From: Nymphaea colorata
Lineage: Eukaryota
Direction: 5' to 3'
Assembly: GCF_008831285.2 (NCBI RefSeq)
Contig: NC_045138.2
Coordinates: 4,960,001 to 5,024,000 of the forward strand
DNA: 64,000 nt
Of this stretch, positions 1 through 14,802 are shown in pieces. The position numbers and the translations under genes were made by a program. The stretch's first letter is position 1. Each line of letters begins with the position of its first letter. Below the pieces are notes generated by a model. It was not told the DNA's origin. It searched no databases and saw only the letters and a program-made list of their open reading frames with translations.

Positions 1-1090
1 GTTTCGATCCATGATTAGCCCGTAGCTATCATATACAATTATCATTCTATGATACTTTCTAATGCACAATCAAGCTCGAAGAGATACTCGACTCGATACC
101 CCGTCTAATCTCCCCGAGGCAGTTATCATTACTAGCATGCACATGCAATTGCATAGTAATTTTAAAAACAAAATCAATCTCATAATCATTCATTCATACA
201 CATACATTCATTCAACACAACACAATCATAGGATCCAATGATCTTGAAAAAGTATGCATTCTAACTTTGGCCCCAGGCAAAGATTTCCCTAAAATGTCGT
301 CATACCTGTCGCGCGTCACCAAAATACTCAAAATGTCTCGGCCTTCAAATCTTGTCAAGGTCTACTCGACGTGCCCAGTGTACCTACAAAAATATTCAAG
401 CAATAAGTTTTCTACTCGTTTCTCTTTAAAGTCTATAAAAGTACAAAATAGGATAATTGAGGTGTAGGTCATCACCTCAAGAAGGTGCCGACATGTAGCA
501 TCAGCCCATAAAGCCCTCCATTAGGCCTCTTCCGAACTCCTTCAGGCACGACCAAACAGTTAAAACTCCAGATTTTTTGTTCAACCTATCACCAATATGT
601 TTCTCACTTGTTTTCTTAGTTGAGGCATCTTCCCAATAATTACGCTTCCCAACAATCATATTCTTTCCCAACAAGCGACGTAATATGCACATTGACAATA
701 ATATACTTCACTAGTTTGCGAAAATAGTTCTAAATCTTCTCAACATCATCAAAATCTCTACCATGCTTTTTAACCGCTTCAATTATTCATACTGAAAAAA
801 TAATTATATGTATAAATCATCATCCCTCTAAAATAGTCCTAAACCTTTTCCAATATAACAAAGTCTCTAATGTGCATTCTAAGTCATCCAATCTTGAATC
901 TAGTATGTTTGAATAATAATTATACATGTGCTAACATAAAACATAGACAATTTAGGCACAATTAGGCCTCGCTCACCCCACTCTTAAAGTCCTAACTGAT
1001 GTAGTGCTCCCGGCAGCCACACCAAGTGCTCGACCGATCTCCAAGCGGCTAAAGCTATATGCTGTCGTCACCTCCAACGCCTACTATTTG
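1..1090 (-). mobile_element. Degenerate LTR-retrotransposon-like fragment(s), possibly Gypsy
   Basis: Composition and motif style resemble long plant Gypsy LTR or internal regions, but there is no intact terminus or protein domain. Confidence 0.3.
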
Positions 1091-4000
1091 TTGTTATGAG
1101 GGGAAGGACGTATTCCCCAAGCTGCAATCCAACCAACAGCAAATAATAGAGTGAGAATTAGCAAAAGAGAGATCAAAAGAGAGGTATGTTGTTAGAAGAT
1201 GGCATCTGGCAGTGAGGGAACTGGTTCGGCTGATTTTGACACATGCATAGAATAGAGTGTGAGTAGAGAGACGATGAGAGTGAGAAGTGAAGATCGCCAG
1301 AATCATCAATAGATTGCAGCTACCTTCAGTCTGCTGCAGCAGCATCGCTTTATAACGGTGGGGAGACGAGAGCCAAAGAAAAAGTGAGGAAATGATTAAA
1401 AAAAGCAACTGACAATCTCTATTAGTTATTTATAAAAAAAAATAATATAAAAAGTTTAACATCCAGTACCCCACTATATTTCAAAATTTTTAAAAAGGTG
1501 CAGCCTTTTTTTCAAGAATTTACCTCAACAACCCAGTATTTTTTCGATCTTTAAAAAATATTGTTATACAAAAATGTCCACCAGAATCCCACAACCTTAA
1601 AAAAAAAATCAAAACATGTTTTGATTCCAGCTTTTACCTGTTCTTGCAAATCAAACATGGAAATAGACTTCCAAGAAACCAAAACACGTTTTACAAACAT
1701 GAATCAGATCTAGAATTAGGGATTATGCCTTTGATTTCACAATTCTAGAATCAACTGGAATTAACATTTCAGAATGCTGGTTCCTGAGGGAGCAAATGAT
1801 ACCATAATGAAATTTCCAGAGACAAGTTTCCAGTAGTTCCAAGTTTCTAAGCTATCAAACTATACCTTACATTTCTTAGTTTTATGAGCCTACGTCTTCT
1901 AATTTCCAATAAAAAGAACCACTTTTTTGCAATTTTTGTGAAACACACAACGCTTTTCATAGAAACTAGCTATCAATGGAACGCATAAATTAAACTTCCC
2001 TTAACCTTATAACTAAAAAAAACTGCATGAAAAAGGTCATGGTCCATGTATGCACATTTCCTCAATCTATTTTCTCCTTTGTCATGAGTTTATGTACCTT
2101 GACCAGCAACGGTGGTACAAAGATTTCTCCCAAGGGTGGGCCATTTTATAATTTTCAAAATCCATACTCATAGGTCCAAATTGAAACTTTATAAATTTTA
2201 GTGGTATAATTTTGATTTTTCAAAAAACTCAAAGGTGGCCATGGCTACACCCTTTACCCTTTAGGTTCCCCTTTAACAAATGTACATGCAAGTATCTCAA
2301 GCCAATCCACAGTGAGCTTTTTATTGATAAAGTCACTCTACCAAGCCAAGGTGGGGAATTAAGCCATCGATCGTGACCAAGGCCAATAGTGGACGCAGCC
2401 AGCTTAGACCATAGACTGAGGAAGATCAATTCCAATATCAATAGTCCATTAGGGTTTCCTTTTCCACCCTTTATTTCTCCAAGGGTTTTCTCTAAATTGG
2501 ACTATTCTATTGTTTTCAAAAGGGCTGTTTGGCAACAATGACACATCGTTATTGTCTCATGAATCTACTCAAAAAAATGAAGCACATTTGTGGAACATTT
2601 AAAGGAGTTTTATGAATCTGCCCATTTATTTTTAGACAGGTTCATAGGACAGTAGCAGAATGTTAGTGTTACCAAACAGCCCCAAAAGATGACAAATATA
2701 TATACAAAAAGGCATAAACACGTCATGATAGAGGGGAAATAGAGAATTGAGACCCATGAAAATGTTAATGTCATTTACAGGGCATCAACCTCCTATGTGC
2801 ATGATCCTTCCTATTAACGCTCACTTGGAAGGTAATTCATTCATGATTGGATAGAAGACTTTTACATTTCAAAGCAGTGGCAGAGCCACATATAAGCAGC
2901 TGTGGGCAGTTGCCCACACCATTCTCACCAAAATTCTTTGTTTTCCTATTGATGGATTCATTTTTTTGCTTATTTATATACATGAGTTGTGCCCCTAAAG
3001 GTATGCTCATTCTTGAATTAGTACCCTTCAACTTAAATTTTATGGCTCTATCATTGTTTCAATGATCGATTTCTTTCCTTGACTTTTTTTTGTACTTGAT
3101 TACAATTATAATCCCTAAAACAATAATGCTTGGTTGCCGCATGTTTTATTCTATCATTGGCAGCCTCCTCATTTTGTGTTTGCGGATCAAGAGAGGTTTG
3201 CGGTTTGTGTCTGTGTGTCTGTGTGTGTGTGGAGCTCAAGCTTCACAGTAGAGAGATCTAGTTCTTGTATCCTAACAGCCCCCTTCAAACTCAATGGGTC
3301 AGACCGTGAGTTTGCTTCGATGCTGAAAAAAAATATTGACAGGCAAAGCTTTGGTAAGGGAGTAGGCATGCTGATGTGATGAAGGAATATGTCCAACTTG
3401 AATTTTACCTTGGGCAACCTGATTTCCCATAAAATATATATCTATTTCAATACGCTTGCTTTTGCCCTGCATTGTGGCATTTTCTATCATGTAAATATCT
3501 GACACATTGTTGCATCAAATAATGAGAGATTTAGATAAGGTCATCCCAATATCTTTAAGCAGGTATTGAATCCAGAACACTTCTTTTGTAGTGTTTGCAA
3601 TGGAGTGTCCATATATTGTTCCTTTGAGTTCCATGATATAATATTTGCTCAAATTTTTGAGGTCTGCAAAAAAAAAAAAAAGATGACATATCCTAACAAT
3701 GTTTTCACCAGTATTAGCAACGGTATATATATCTGAAGTGGCGATACCCTTCACCATTATTTATACCGGCAATGATTGGCACCGGTATATTATGTACCGG
3801 TGATAACTTTTGACACCATTTTCCTTGGTATAAGCATCGCTGAGTTTCTCTTTGTGTTTATAATTCAATTCTAATTGGCTAGAGTGGCTTCTAGAGTCTT
3901 TTGGATTCTTCTACATTGTGCCATATATAAGTTAATTTGTAGAGCTAATTAAGGTCTTTTTACATACTTAATTTCCAATATTTGTTTACTCCTTTTTCTA

Positions 4001-4955
4001 TAAGCAATGATCTTGTTATCATTGCAGTTATGCTGCTTGTGCTTTCTTTATCATAGCCTATTAAATGAAAAAAATCATATTTTCATCCTAAATCATTTGA
4101 CTCGTGATCAGAACGTTCATTTGATTTGAGTGCTGCTGAAATGAAAATTAATGCACTTTGTCCACTAATTAAAAGCAAGTTAATCACCTTTCATGGATGG
4201 CAGCAGAGACACTTTCAGCTGGCCATGCATATGTCTTTAACTATTGAGTAAGCATGCATGAACGCAGACCGTCTTGGCAAGTTGGTAAGGCAGCTTAGGT
4301 TCCTTAATTTCACGGCCAGTTAATATTTCAAATTACGTAACATTATGAAGATGGCCGTTCCGCCTTCTCAACCTGTTGCAGTCTGCAGCCTTAAACGCAA
4401 ACTTTACGTATTATTCTTCTTGCCACCTTAAACTTTCAAGGCTATTCTTACATTCTTCGTGAGGAGGTACCATTCAAATGCATATGCTGAATTTCATTGA
4501 GAGCATCGTTCTTGAATAAAGTGGTAGTAAATATCCTCAAGGGGGTTGGCACAATGGGATCCAGTAGGGGCTGACAGGCAACCCGTCATTTAAACTCCCT
4601 GAAGTGCCAACTCATTGTGCTGCAAACGAGAGGTAACCAACATGCAAGTTGATCAAGCACAATGGAGGCCACACTTCTAGGCATCAAAGCACACCCTATA
4701 CAGTAGTGGAGGACTTTTTCGGGTGAACAGGGTTCGGTCAAAGCTCCGCTCACCCGAAGAACATTGTTGTAAGTGAGATGGAAAGATCATACATAGATGG
4801 ATGCATGTGGATTGTAGACTATGTTCACTCGAAGAACATAATTATTTAATTCATTAAAATCAGCCTCAAATTGATAATTGAAAGGCCTCATTTTTTTCTC
4901 TATGTTCATCGGAAGAGCTACTGGTGTTAGCACTCAATCAGCTCCTACCTAGACT

Positions 4956-5320
4956 TAGGTCTGGCACAAGTTGAGCAAGCTCGAGCTCGACTAGTTTATG
5001 AATGAGTCGAGCTTGACTTGAAATGTATGCTTGAAATATTAAACGAGTTAACATCAAGTTGTAAGAACTGGACTCAGCTTGACTACATAATGAATGTTGA
5101 ATTATAATGAGGTAATAGTTAAACAAATTGCTATTAAATGAGTTAAGCGAGTTAAAAGAAATAAGACATATTTAACCTAAAAGAGTTAGACAAGTTGAGT
5201 TCGAGCTTGACATTGTATCGTCAAGTCTAGATCGAGCTTGTTGTATTGAGCTTGACTCCAGTTCGAGTTGAGTTCGAGATCGAGTTAGCGTGAGCTCGAC
5301 TCAGCTCTTGTGCAGCCCTA
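4956..5320. mobile_element. hAT-type MITE (GAGCTCGA-rich family)
   Basis: Ends taggtctggcac...gtgcagcccta; perfect 8-bp TSD CCTAGACT. Confidence 0.85.
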
Positions 5321-5754
5321 CCTAGACTCCTAGCCGCATCCGGATGGGCCCGCCTATTAAGATGTCCAGTCCAATTTCATTGGTTCTGGTACCAGGGACT
5401 CGACCCAGCCTTGTCTCTATGAGTGACCGAAGATGCCGATGGTCATTAAAGGTTTCTTTGTTTAATAGAAACCACCAACAATGCCAAAGGTTTTTATGTT
5501 TGAGAAAGCCCTGATAGTCATTGGGGGTTTCTATGCTACGAAGACCCCTTGACATTTTGTAGGTGACAAAAACTTCGACAATCAGCGAGTGTTTCTTTAT
5601 GTGAAAGAAACCCTTGCTATCGCTTGGGGTTTTTTTTTTCAACCATTGGGCTGAACTTGGGCTTGGCTTGCATTGGTCCAACCAGAGACACTATCTAACC
5701 AGGCCTGTACCAGGTTTAGGCAGGCAGTTGAGCCCCTATTTGTTTGGTTTTATG

Positions 5755-6173
5755 TAGGGTTGCACACGAGGCAAGTTGAGCTCGAGTTGAAACAGCTCGA
5801 GCTTGACTCAACTCAGAAAACTTGAGCTTGAACTCAACTCCAACTTCAGTCAAGCTCGAGCTCAACCCAATAATACAATGCCAAGCGTGAACTCGACTCA
5901 CTTAACTCGTTTATGTTAAACATGTCTTACTTTTTTAACTTAATTTGTTTAGCTCGATTAACTCGTTTAGTAGATATTTGTTTAACTATTTTCTCATTAT
6001 AATTCAACATTTATTATGTAGTCAAGCTGAGTCGAGTTTAAAACAGTCGAGTATTTACAACTTAAAGTCGGCTCGTTTAACATTTTGAGCACACATTGAG
6101 GTCGAGCTCGACTCATTTATAACGAGCAAGTTTGAGTCAAGCTCGAGCTGGTTTGACTCGTTGTTTAGCCCTA
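5755..6173. mobile_element. hAT-type MITE (same family, inverted relative to 4956-5320)
   Basis: Ends tagggttgcac...gtttagcccta; TSD gttttatg/gctttatg; internal sequence is the reverse complement of the 4956-5320 copy. Confidence 0.85.
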
Positions 6174-7637
6174 GCTTTATGAACTAGGGTGACCTGACCC
6201 AACCTTAACTCTACCCTTTTTTTACAAAGGTACAATATTTTCATTAGTATGTCCTGAAAATGAAAATTTATTACTTTCCTGTACTACTTTGAACATGGGC
6301 CTTGCAATGCTGACTAATTTCCCAAGTCTTCTCTGGAAATTATGAAGGGATGGCTTTCTCTGCAAATTACTTAATTAAACTCATCTGGGACTGATTCTTC
6401 TTTTCCTTTCACTTATTCTCCTTCTTTTATGCCTTCTCGACAATCATTCTCTTCACTTTTAAAATTGGTAATCCAAAAGATGAGAAGAGAACAGGAAAAC
6501 CAATCGCATTACAGAACTGGTTTTCTTTTAAGTGTATATATCTGCTTTTGTTGTGTGTGTGCACACACACACACACGAGAAATTGGGACAACAACAAGAC
6601 CCTTTAATTTTTTGTTAAAAAGTAATTTTAAATAAAATATAAACATCCTACACATTTATAAAAACTATTTTGATATACAATATGCTTTGAATAAAGTTGT
6701 TTTTATGAAAAATGTTGATTTTTATATTATCAAAATGTTGATGCTATGGGAGCCATTTATCTTTACTTATTATAAAAAATACTATTAAAACCCAAAAAAT
6801 GATCTACTCAATATATATTTTGCATGCATCAACCTATCATTAATATCATAAGGTTAGATTAAAAAAAAAACGCTTTAAATATCATATTTAAAACGTCTAA
6901 TTTTTGTCCCTAACCTATTGGTCTGGCTTCTACCAATCACTCATTTCTAGGAATCACTCATATATTGTCGCCAACCTAAAATTTCTACATTTCTCCCACA
7001 CTGGTCTAAATTTGCTGCCTGCATCACAACTGATTGCCAACATAATTATATGTTTTCATGTGTCTGCTCTGACAAATCAGATTGCATACAGAGCCTAAAC
7101 TCATCTGTGAGAGAGGTGAAACCTTTGAAGGTAAAGGAAAACTTTGGAAAAGGGTGTTCTCCAATTTAAAAGCAACGGCTGACTGAGATTTCATTTTTGC
7201 ATATGAATTTGGTCGCCATATGATAATCAGGGCGGCCTTAGGTTTGCTAGTAGTGAAACCTTTAGAACAGGAACTTCAACAACTGCAAATGGTATTCGTT
7301 TCCTTACCGATTCGAGTGGGAATTACCTAATATTGCACCGTATAAATTGATTCATTCATCAAAAAAGATTGTTTCGAATCTTGATTAGAAATACCTGAGA
7401 AAGAAAAAGTAGATTGATTTTTGCCATTCATGGTGAAGCTCATAACCTCATCATGGCATACCTGCCAATTAGCAACACGCTGTTCAGCATTCGAGCAGAA
7501 AACGAAGGATTATGGATAGTTGCCGACTTTGACACCATTAGATTTAATAACATGCAGGAACAAAGAAATCATGGCTAACTTACAAGGTATCTGATATGAT
7601 GATACCTCGAACCATCTCTAAATCACTACCACCGGCA

Positions 7638-8519
7638 CTAAGATCTTGAATTTAAGTCGACGCCGAAGATCCTGACGAACTGACCTCGTTGTTGTGGCTC
7701 CAACGCAGGCCCTTGTCGTCCACATCTCCGCTGCTGATAAATATCTTCTCCTTCCACATGCTTCCAACGTATGTAGTTCATCTCTTCAGGCCCTGCCGAC
7801 CTCAAGAAGAAGACCACGTCCCCTGCCTTAAGCCCCTTCTCCTTCACGAACCCTCTCCAGCCCTTGGTCAACACGTAACTGCGGCTGCTGCTCCAGTAAC
7901 TGTACTTGATCCTCCACACTCGGCGACCTTCATCCTCAAACTTCAGAAGAATGCCGTCCTTCCAGCGCCGGGTGTCCAAGGGGAAGAACTGCTCGGCCAG
8001 GCGCCTGGGAATCACGAGCCTGTTGAGCTTGCCGACGTCGCTCGGCGTCAGCACCTTGTCGAAGAGCTCTTTCTTCTCTACCCGAACTTCGCGCCTCTTC
8101 CATGGCGAGGGAGATGAGCCGACAGATCGAGCTGACTCTTTGAAAAGGATCAGCTCGTGGTAGTAGGTATTCCGCCTGAGCATCTCCACGACCTCTTGCT
8201 GTGAGTGGGACTTGAGGAAGGAGAGCTGGTGCTGGTCCTCCCACACCACCCGGAAATTGGTGGCCGCTTCCTCGCTTCTGTACTTGAGCGCCGCCACGTC
8301 GTAGGCCGCCGCGGCCTCCGCCTCCGTGGGGAACGTCCCCAGCCACACGCGCTGATGGTTCTCGTAAATCTGAGCTCCCCATTTCCCGTTTGGCTGAGGA
8401 ACCACGCCCTTGAAACGGGAGGATGGAAGTTTGCGGCCGATGGTGGAGCTGGTTGACCTCCTGCCTCCCTGCCAGAGGCTGGGGATCTCTTCCTTCGACT
8501 GCTCTCTGTCTCTCTCCAT
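7638..8519 (-). CDS. RAV: RAV-family AP2/ERF + B3 domain transcription repressor (RAV/TEMPRANILLO-like), intronless, 293 aa
   Basis: AP2 domain SSRFKGVVPQPNGKWGAQIYENHQRVWLGTF...AAYDVAALKY; B3 domain LFDKVLTPSDVGKLNRLVIP...YSYWSSSRSYVLTKGW; C-terminal RIFGV repression motif; GC-rich coding bias. First ATG is at 8519 (the ORF track starts 3 codons earlier at a non-ATG codon). Confidence 0.95.
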   Translation of the reverse strand: MERDREQSKEEIPSLWQGGRRSTSSTIGRKLPSSRFKGVVPQPNGKWGAQIYENHQRVWLGTFPTEAEAAAAYDVAALKYRSEEAATNFRVVWEDQHQLSFLKSHSQQEVVEMLRRNTYYHELILFKESARSVGSSPSPWKRREVRVEKKELFDKVLTPSDVGKLNRLVIPRRLAEQFFPLDTRRWKDGILLKFEDEGRRVWRIKYSYWSSSRSYVLTKGWRGFVKEKGLKAGDVVFFLRSAGPEEMNYIRWKHVEGEDIYQQRRCGRQGPALEPQQRGQFVRIFGVDLNSRS

Positions 8520-8588
8520 GCAACCCAAGCACGATAACTGTTACACCACTATAACTCTGTGTTGAGGTCAGATACTCCGATAATTTTT

Positions 8589-8591
<3 letters not shown>

Positions 8592-8658
<67 letters not shown>
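8592..8658. repeat. (TA)n microsatellite of about 33 units, ending in the presumptive RAV TATA box
   Basis: Perfect TA run; on the gene strand it ends ...TATATAAAC, 73 bp before the ATG. Confidence 0.95.
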
Positions 8659-8660
<2 letters not shown>

Positions 8661-10673
8661 TACAATTATCTAATTAGAGCCGTCTATTTGATGCATGAAA
8701 ACATGATCAAAAATTGTAAACTGATAGTAAATGACAAAAATGCTCATTATTTTTTTTTTTTTTCTTTTAACCATCTATCATAATAAATGAAAAGCTAGGG
8801 GCTAATATATATATATATACATATCAAATGGTTCCTTTCGTATTTTGTATTGCTAAAACTATCATAAAAATTGCATTTATGACTGTCAATTGCTTATTCA
8901 TAAATTTTTAATCGCAAAATACATCTTGTGCAATGGTTTTTAGTAATGCAAAATAAACAAAAAAAAAAATCATTCAGCCATAGCCAAGTGACTCGGTTGG
9001 CCCCATTATAAAGTGTTGCTATAAAGGCTGAAGTATTTTAAAAGATAAGCATAAATGTTTGGCCCGTGACTTCAATCAGGTGCATTGAAGTAGTGAAGGT
9101 TGCATGCACTGTTATGCGTGTGCGCGGTAAAAAAAAAAGGATGCTTTTATCATTTAAAAATAAAACACGTCCTTTATAGTCATTTTACTTTTTTTACCCA
9201 ACATGAACGATAGGTATTTTGTCATTGTCATTGGACTTAAGAAAGAGATGATGTTGTATGAGGTCAAGTGCAGGGAATCGAGAGATGATCTTGCCCCCGA
9301 GGGACCAAGTTTTGGGAAGGCGACAAGGTAAATTTCATTTTGTAACTTGCCAAATACACATATTTTTTTTTTCCAAGCTTTTACAGTGGTCAAATTTTTC
9401 ACATATTTTAAAAGGTAAAATATTTTAACTATTTTACAGCAGTCAAAGCCCCCGACAACCGTGTACACGCAATAAGTATACACCCTTCAAAAAAAAAAAA
9501 AAAAGAGAGAGAGAGAAACGGTTGGGGCATTTTTTAAAAGAAAATTATCATGAGGGGTAGTTTTAGTTTTTTATTTTTTTATAATCTTATTTTTATCCAT
9601 TTTCAAAGCTTTTTTTTTTTTTTTGCACTTTTTCACGGGTAGTTTAGTCATTCGACACCCCTATATATATATATATATATATATGCATACACAGGAATGT
9701 GCATATACCCAGCGTCGGCCAGCTCCCTCGGCTCAAGACGAATTCCTTGGATGCTACACTGTTCACTACACTGTTCACTATTGAACATGTGGAACATAAT
9801 GTACTGTAGCATTAACAACAGTCTCATAATGGACCCTAAGAGTGAAGGCATTCTGCTGTGGAAGTAAAACAAACCAATTCTTAAGTAGTGGGCCCCTTGG
9901 ACAAGCTACCTGATGTTAAAAGTCCACGTCCTTAAAAGCCCAACGCATGAACAAGAAAAGAATACCGTACGAAATAAATTAGTTTATATATATATATATA
10001 TATATATAAAGGTCGTCTATCATCATGAATGAATATTTAAGAAAAAAAAAGGAAGACTATAGACTCTAATTCACATATTTTTCTCTTTGTTTTTTCTCAA
10101 TTTTCATCTAATTCAAATAATATTTTGAATAAATGGTTTTCCTCATATGGTTGGATGGCTCTAGATAGTCAAAGTCATCATTCACATACTCATATATATA
10201 TATATTTTTTAAATTAATGCCCCTCAACCCAAAATTTCTAAACCGACAAACATGCTATAACTTTTTAAAACTGAAAAAGTGGTAAAGATAATATCAATAT
10301 GGATTAATGTGCTAGAAGTGTATTTAATTTTATTGAAAAGATATATTCAAAACTGTGCTTCCTTACTCTCGATGAGCAGCTGGCCTCATGCTGTCCATTT
10401 GAACAACCATCTTCCTTTTTCACTTGAAAAGAAATCCAGCATTGGCATTAGGAGGCCAATGCCACCCCTTGCCAACAAAGAGGGAAGAAAGCAAAAAATG
10501 GGAGCTATTGGGCCTCCTCTTTGATGGGAGGATTCGACTCCCCCTCCCCTCCCCGTGCTTTAATTGTGTATATATATATATAGTAGTGACTTTATCTTTT
10601 TAGTGTCCAAGTGTTTCTTTTTTCAAATGAGATAATCAATATTGTTTAGTTTTGTGTGTGTATGTGTGTGTAC

Positions 10674-10714
<41 letters not shown>

Positions 10715-10824
10715 AAAGAAAATTTGAGTAGTGACTCTGTCTTGTTATTTAAAGAAGGACATCCATCCATGATGAGCATTTTCGTCATCTAGTATTACTT
10801 ATATATTTTTCTCTTTGTTTTGAA

Positions 10825-11230
<406 letters not shown>

Positions 11231-11751
11231 TAAATTCTTATGACCATTCATTCATCGGTCCAACCATCGCTACCGAAGCATTAAATTGGACGAGTGTGAC
11301 TAAACACCTGTCTCATCCCTTCAGCCATTTTGATGACTTACAATATCCGATATCCATTTAAAAGTGATAATTTTCCGTTGTCACATTTCTGGGCAGTCTA
11401 AGCCAATTTTGCGAAACCACTAATATGTTGTAGCAGCGGCACTTTGTCGGCGTGCCAAAATCATGTGTTCACATCAACAACTTAACAAAGTCTCTCCCCT
11501 TTACAATGTAAGGAAAACGGGAGGGCTGGTCCCTGCCCATGTTGTCAACGGGAAGGTTATTTAGGCAAATTGATGGGCCTTACCCAAGTTGTCCATGGAA
11601 GATAATTATGGAAGTAACTATTTGTTCATATTTTCTCCATTTATGAATAATTGTGAGGCGTAGAACCCATTCAACAAGTTGTAGATACCGTCTTTGCGTG
11701 TAATTCTGGGCCACATGCTGATTGGTAAATTGACATATTTAAACATTTATT

Positions 11752-11802
<51 letters not shown>

Positions 11803-12896
11803 ATGTATGTGTGTGTGTGTGCGCGTGCGCGCACCTCACCAAATATGAGTATTTTTAAACAAATGCCGCTCCATCCAATTTTTCAAGCTTTGCCACTGCC
11901 AAGCCCCTTGTGCATGCATGCATACACAAACACACACACACACATAGAAAATATCATGCAAAAATGTTCTAACAAAACCTCAAAGTGATGTTGTGCTCAA
12001 AGAGGTTCGGAATGGCCGGTTAGACTAACATTTGGTAAACAGCCAGTCACTAGTTCAATTTTTATAGTTATCAACCCTATGCAAGCCAATGTAGCCTAGG
12101 ATGCGGAGCCCTAACCTCCTTGTATATTGCTCTACCTTTCTTTTTAAAAATCTCCTTGATTTAGTCAATGCTATAGTTTAACTTATCTCCTCTTCCTTTT
12201 GTCTGAAGCTGGTTATATGCATAAGCATGTGCGCGATACAAAGGTGCACAAGCCTGTGTGTATGACACTACCCCCAGGAGCAGGAACAGAGCCAAGGTAG
12301 GGCCTGCTTAGGCCCAGGCACCACCTCTAAAAAAAATAAAATTTTATATCTAAATTTTAAAAATTTCACTTGTTCTATATAAAAATTTTGTCAAAATTTA
12401 GAAACTTTAATTCAACCGCCTTCATGAAAAAATTTTGGCTTTACCCCTACCTAAAAGTGGGTTGGGGGCATCCTGAAAGTGGGTCAGAGGTCCACTTGTC
12501 GTTAGCCGAGTGCTCACCCCGATACATTTAACTATCTCTTTCCTTGCCTCCCTGCTATTCTGGTATCTTTTGTGCTTGCTAGCATCAGACAGAGTACTCA
12601 AGTTTCTCTTAGCACTGGTAGTTGAACCTTCAAGTAATGGACATGCAACTAATGCCCACATTTGGCTGGCCCATGGCTTAAGTTCCATCTACCACTCTCT
12701 CAATGAGCTTCACGACAACCATTCAGACGCATTGAATTCAAAAATAAAGCGTGGATTTGAAAACCAAACAAGAGATGGAAGTTATTATCAATTATTTTTC
12801 TTTTTTTAGGCGTTCAATTCGTTAACATCAATTCTCAATTACGTTGTTGAAAGGAGAGGTGGTTATGTGCATTGGAGTGCATCCCTACAAGACATG

Positions 12897-13077
12897 TAAG
12901 GGGGAGTCAGAAATTTTTTATGAGGGGGTCGAATTAAAGTTTTTAAATTTTGACAAGGGTCGAAATATCATCTTTTTAAATTTTTATATAAGTCAAGTGA
13001 AATTTTTTAAAATGTACGTGTAAATTTTAAAAAAAAAATAGAGGTAGAATCAGGGTCCCTCCTTGGCTCTGCCTCTG
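12897..13077. mobile_element. Short hAT-type MITE (GGCGGAGCC-end family)
   Basis: Ends taagggggagtcag...ggctctgcctctg; TSD aagacatg/atgacatg; related copies at about 2105-2260, 12295-12450, 14803-14993 and 38933-39114. Confidence 0.7.
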
Positions 13078-14802
13078 ATGACATGTGTTTCCTTGACCCC
13101 ACTCTTAGGGAGGTACCTCATTTTTGGCAAAACTAGCACTTAAGTTGGATCATGATCATTCTCTCACTAGGTCATGAGTCAGGACCCAAGCGAGTTAGCA
13201 CCAAAACTTAGGTGATTCAGTTAAGAATCAGATGACTCGTTGGAACTGTGACTCAAATCAGAATCACCCAAGTTTGGTTCGAGCTGTTTTAAAGGATGAA
13301 AATTCATTTTGATTCCTAAGTTCTCAACCATCTTTTATTTATTTCTTTCCCTCATGAGAGTTTTTTTCAAGGACGTGAAAGAATGCTAGTCCAACCATTT
13401 ATGAACATATTTTCACCATCAATTTGTGAACATCCAGTAGCCCGATTGAGAGGAAGGGAGATCATAAATGAGCTCAATAGAGAGATCATAAATGAGCTCA
13501 ATAGTTGCTCTAACATTCATGACTTCTTTTATAGTTAGAGTTATTGACAAATATCACCCAAGATCATGCAGCAGCAAAAAACACTATAACAATTTACAAT
13601 CTGACCCAGCCAAGCCATTGAGTCAATCGCTTACTAAGTCTGGGCAATGATCCTAAGTACCCCATGGATACCCAGTACCTGGCCCGATCAGGCTTGGGCC
13701 CTGAAAAACCGTTCGAGCCGGCCCGACAATATATCGGGCCGGCCTGGTAGGGATGACCGGATTAGTTTTTTTACTATTATTTTTATTTAATAATAATGTA
13801 TATTATTATTAAAAATATATTTTATATTCAAAAATTTTATTTTATATTAAAAAAAATTATTTTAATCGGGCTCAGTATCATGTTCGCGGATAAGTCTATC
13901 GCTGACCCCATTAACGCAGTCGTGATCTCCATTTGATTACCCAGTTTGCCAACTATAGGTATGTGTCTACAACAGCATTTTAATTGGCATGTTTCTCCAA
14001 AAACGGGGCTGATGGTACCAGTAGTATGATCCAAAAAGAAAAAAAATCAAAAAATCATTTCATTCCGAAAATATCATTTCTGCCGGCAATTATTGTCACA
14101 TTGTTTTTAATATGGGCACTAAAAAAAAAGGAGCTGATGGCATCACTAGTATGTTCCAAAACGGGAAAAAAAAATCATTTCTGCCGGCACTGTGTTTCTG
14201 ATGCTGTAAAACATTTACTGGCAATTGTTGAGTGGCCCCGTACTGTTTGTGGGAGAAGTTGTTCTCATTATTCCTGAACAGGAATTGGAATTGGATATTT
14301 CCATCATTTTCCTTCTTTTTCTTTTCTTTTTTATTTTTTTACTTTTGCCCGTACAAAAGCAGTCCTCTTTCCAATCACGTGGCAATTTCCTTGAATTTGG
14401 GTCGAACCTGCAGCCGGGGTTTGAGGGCAGAGAATATGAGTGAGTTGCGTGTGCCTGGACGTAAGCATTAAAAAAATGTCTGTTTTTAGTCTTTTCACTT
14501 TTTCTTTTTTGTGAGTTGTTAAACCGTTTATGTGTATGAGCGTCTGCCTGAAGTTAGATAGTGTGAGATGCTTAAAAATTGTTCACAAAAAAACAACTGC
14601 GTTATGATCAATAGTGATAGCTTTTGACAGGTCAATAATGCTTGTTCTTCTTTTTTTCCGCTGCAAATACATGGTATTCTTTGGCAATGGTTTATAGTAT
14701 TTGCAGCAATAGATTTTTAGTTCTACGACATGATATATATATATATATATATATATCAGTAAGAGGCCAAATGCATGTGTGTTGATCAACAGTGATTGGG
14801 AT

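Noticed and set aside
7689..8456. ORFs overlapping RAV on the opposite strand or in other frames
   Set aside because: Shadow ORFs caused by GC-rich coding sequence; no recognisable domains.
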